Below are positions 62,806-64,000 of a DNA stretch of 64,000 nucleotides, in pieces. Made by a program: the position numbers and the translations under genes. The DNA comes from Gemmatimonadota bacterium. Lineage in GTDB: Bacteria; Gemmatimonadota; Gemmatimonadetes; JACCXV01; JAHWKZ01. The stretch covers positions 129,010 through 193,009 of the forward strand of contig DATLFH010000018.1 in NCBI GenBank assembly GCA_035524965.1, written 5' to 3'. A model generated the notes under the pieces. The model searched no databases and was not told where the DNA came from. It saw only the letters and a list, made by a program, of their open reading frames with translations. The first letter of the stretch is position 1. Each line of letters opens with the position of its first letter.

Positions 62806-64000
62806 ATGAGCGAGCCTCAGGAGCAGTTCATACTGGTCATCGACGACGAGGAGCCGGTGCTCCAGCTCATCCGCACTCTGCTCGCGTCCCACGGCCTCTC
62901 CTGCCGGGGTGTGTCGGATCCGCGCCTGGCGCTGGAAATTCTCGCCAGCGAGCCGGTCGACCTCGTCATCAGCGATGCCCACATGGCGGGCCCGGGAAGC
63001 CGCGAGATCCTCGATCGCGCCGCGCGGATCGGAACCGGAATCCCGGTCGTCCTGACCACGCGCCAGCAGTCGATCGCGGCCGCCACCCGGTCGATCGCGA
63101 CCGGCGCCTACGATGTGCTGAAGAAGCCGTTCGAGTTCAGCCGCCTGCCCGGAATCGTCCACCGGGCGCTCGAAAAACAACGCCTGGCGCGTGAAAACGA
63201 AGCCCTCCGTGACCAGCTCGCGCTCTACCAGATCATCACCGCGGTGAACGCTTCGATCGACGAGCAGGAAATTCTGCAGACGGTGCTGGCCTCGGTTGAA
63301 CGTGCGTTCGAGGCCGATCGCGTCCGGCTCTTCAGCCGCAGGGCGGGGCGGAGGCGGTTCACCCACTGGCGGGGCGGCACCCAGTATGCCGATCCGCTCG
63401 CGGCGATCGAGGAGCGCCTCGCGCAACGAATCATGGAGGACCCGACGCCGCTCGTCATACCCGAAGAAGGAGCCGGGCCGGACCTCCTCGCCGGACAGGC
63501 GAGCACCGCGCTGGCGATTCCGCTCCGCGGCCGGGAGACGATCGTCGGAGCGATCACCGTCGTGCGGCGCCAGGGACCCTGGACCTTCACCCGTCGCGAC
63601 CTGGCGACGCTGGAGATTCTGGCGGGCAACGTCGGAGCGGTGATGGACAGCGCCTCGCGCACGCGACGCGAGATCGAAAGCCGCGCCGGCCTGATGGATT
63701 CCGATCCGACCATGATCGGATCCCTCGTCGCCGCCCTGGACGCCCGGGAGCACGAGGACGCCGGACACTCCGTTCGCGTCGCCGAGTACGCGCTGCGGCT
63801 GGCCCACGAGATGGGGCTTCCGGCGACGGAGCGCACCGCTCTTAAGTTCGGCGCCATGCTGCATGACATCGGAAAGATCGGCGTCAGCGACGACATCCTC
63901 GTCAAGGCCGGCCCGCTGGCCGAGGACGAACGCAGCGAGCTCGAGCGGCATCCGGTCGTGGGATACGAGATCCTGCGTGGAATCCGCTTCATCCGGGGCG
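62806..64000 (+). CDS. Response regulator receiver + GAF + HD(-GYP) phosphodiesterase, 3'-partial
   Basis: It has a REC domain (LVIDDEEPV...D...K), a GAF-like middle and an HD motif (LHDIGKIG). The gene runs off the window end. Confidence 0.75.
   Translation, partial: MSEPQEQFILVIDDEEPVLQLIRTLLASHGLSCRGVSDPRLALEILASEPVDLVISDAHMAGPGSREILDRAARIGTGIPVVLTTRQQSIAAATRSIATGAYDVLKKPFEFSRLPGIVHRALEKQRLARENEALRDQLALYQIITAVNASIDEQEILQTVLASVERAFEADRVRLFSRRAGRRRFTHWRGGTQYADPLAAIEERLAQRIMEDPTPLVIPEEGAGPDLLAGQASTALAIPLRGRETIVGAITVVRRQGPWTFTRRDLATLEILAGNVGAVMDSASRTRREIESRAGLMDSDPTMIGSLVAALDAREHEDAGHSVRVAEYALRLAHEMGLPATERTALKFGAMLHDIGKIGVSDDILVKAGPLAEDERSELERHPVVGYEILRGIRFIRG

Overview
This is a high-GC (roughly 68-72%) bacterial chromosomal segment. 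Gene content (GWxTD-like TPR protein, complete Bat aerotolerance operon, LVIVD/BIG2 protein, Ku/LigD) suggests a Gemmatimonadetes-like soil organism, but that is inference only. Almost all genes lie on the + strand in long operons, and many consecutive genes overlap by 4 nt at stop/start (ATGA/GTGA/TTGA), which points to translational coupling. In order, the window holds: a cobalamin/siderophore-type uptake set (FecCD permease, ABC ATPase, BtuB-like TonB-dependent receptor, second receptor-like barrel); a BamE-like lipoprotein and plsC; carAB preceded by a PyrR-type attenuator-like leader; an HU/IHF gene; tRNA-Arg(CCG); a secreted BIG2+LVIVD protein on the minus strand; a cupredoxin lipoprotein, mtgA, a TPR protein and an FTR1 iron permease; metE; a rhodanese-miaB-small membrane protein-rimK operon; a GWxTD-like TPR protein; comEC; a six-gene Bat operon (moxR, DUF58, membrane protein, batA, batB, batD/E fusion with SH3); a seven-gene coupled operon (uspA-mutL-miaA-uppP-nadC-birA-coaX); groESL with a sigma70 promoter and CIRCE operator; a low-GC pocket with two small secreted ORFs; tmRNA (tag ANDNFALAA); an orphan Wzz/BY-kinase-like protein lacking the Walker-A lysine; an FAD oxidoreductase and lgt; mlaEFD on the minus strand; rph and rdgB; a CBS protein; tRNA-Pro(TGG) followed by about 700 bp of low-GC DNA bounded by a 45-nt direct repeat of the tRNA 3' half, which looks like a decayed integrative-element scar carrying a sigma70-region-4 fragment and a retropepsin-like ORF; an acidic lipoprotein; divergent NHEJ genes ligD (PE-Lig-Pol) and ku; a MerR-TPR regulator; kynA; and a partial response regulator-GAF-HD(-GYP) gene. 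No CRISPR array, rRNA or intact transposase was seen. All long minus-strand ORFs lying over these genes are GC-driven artefacts.
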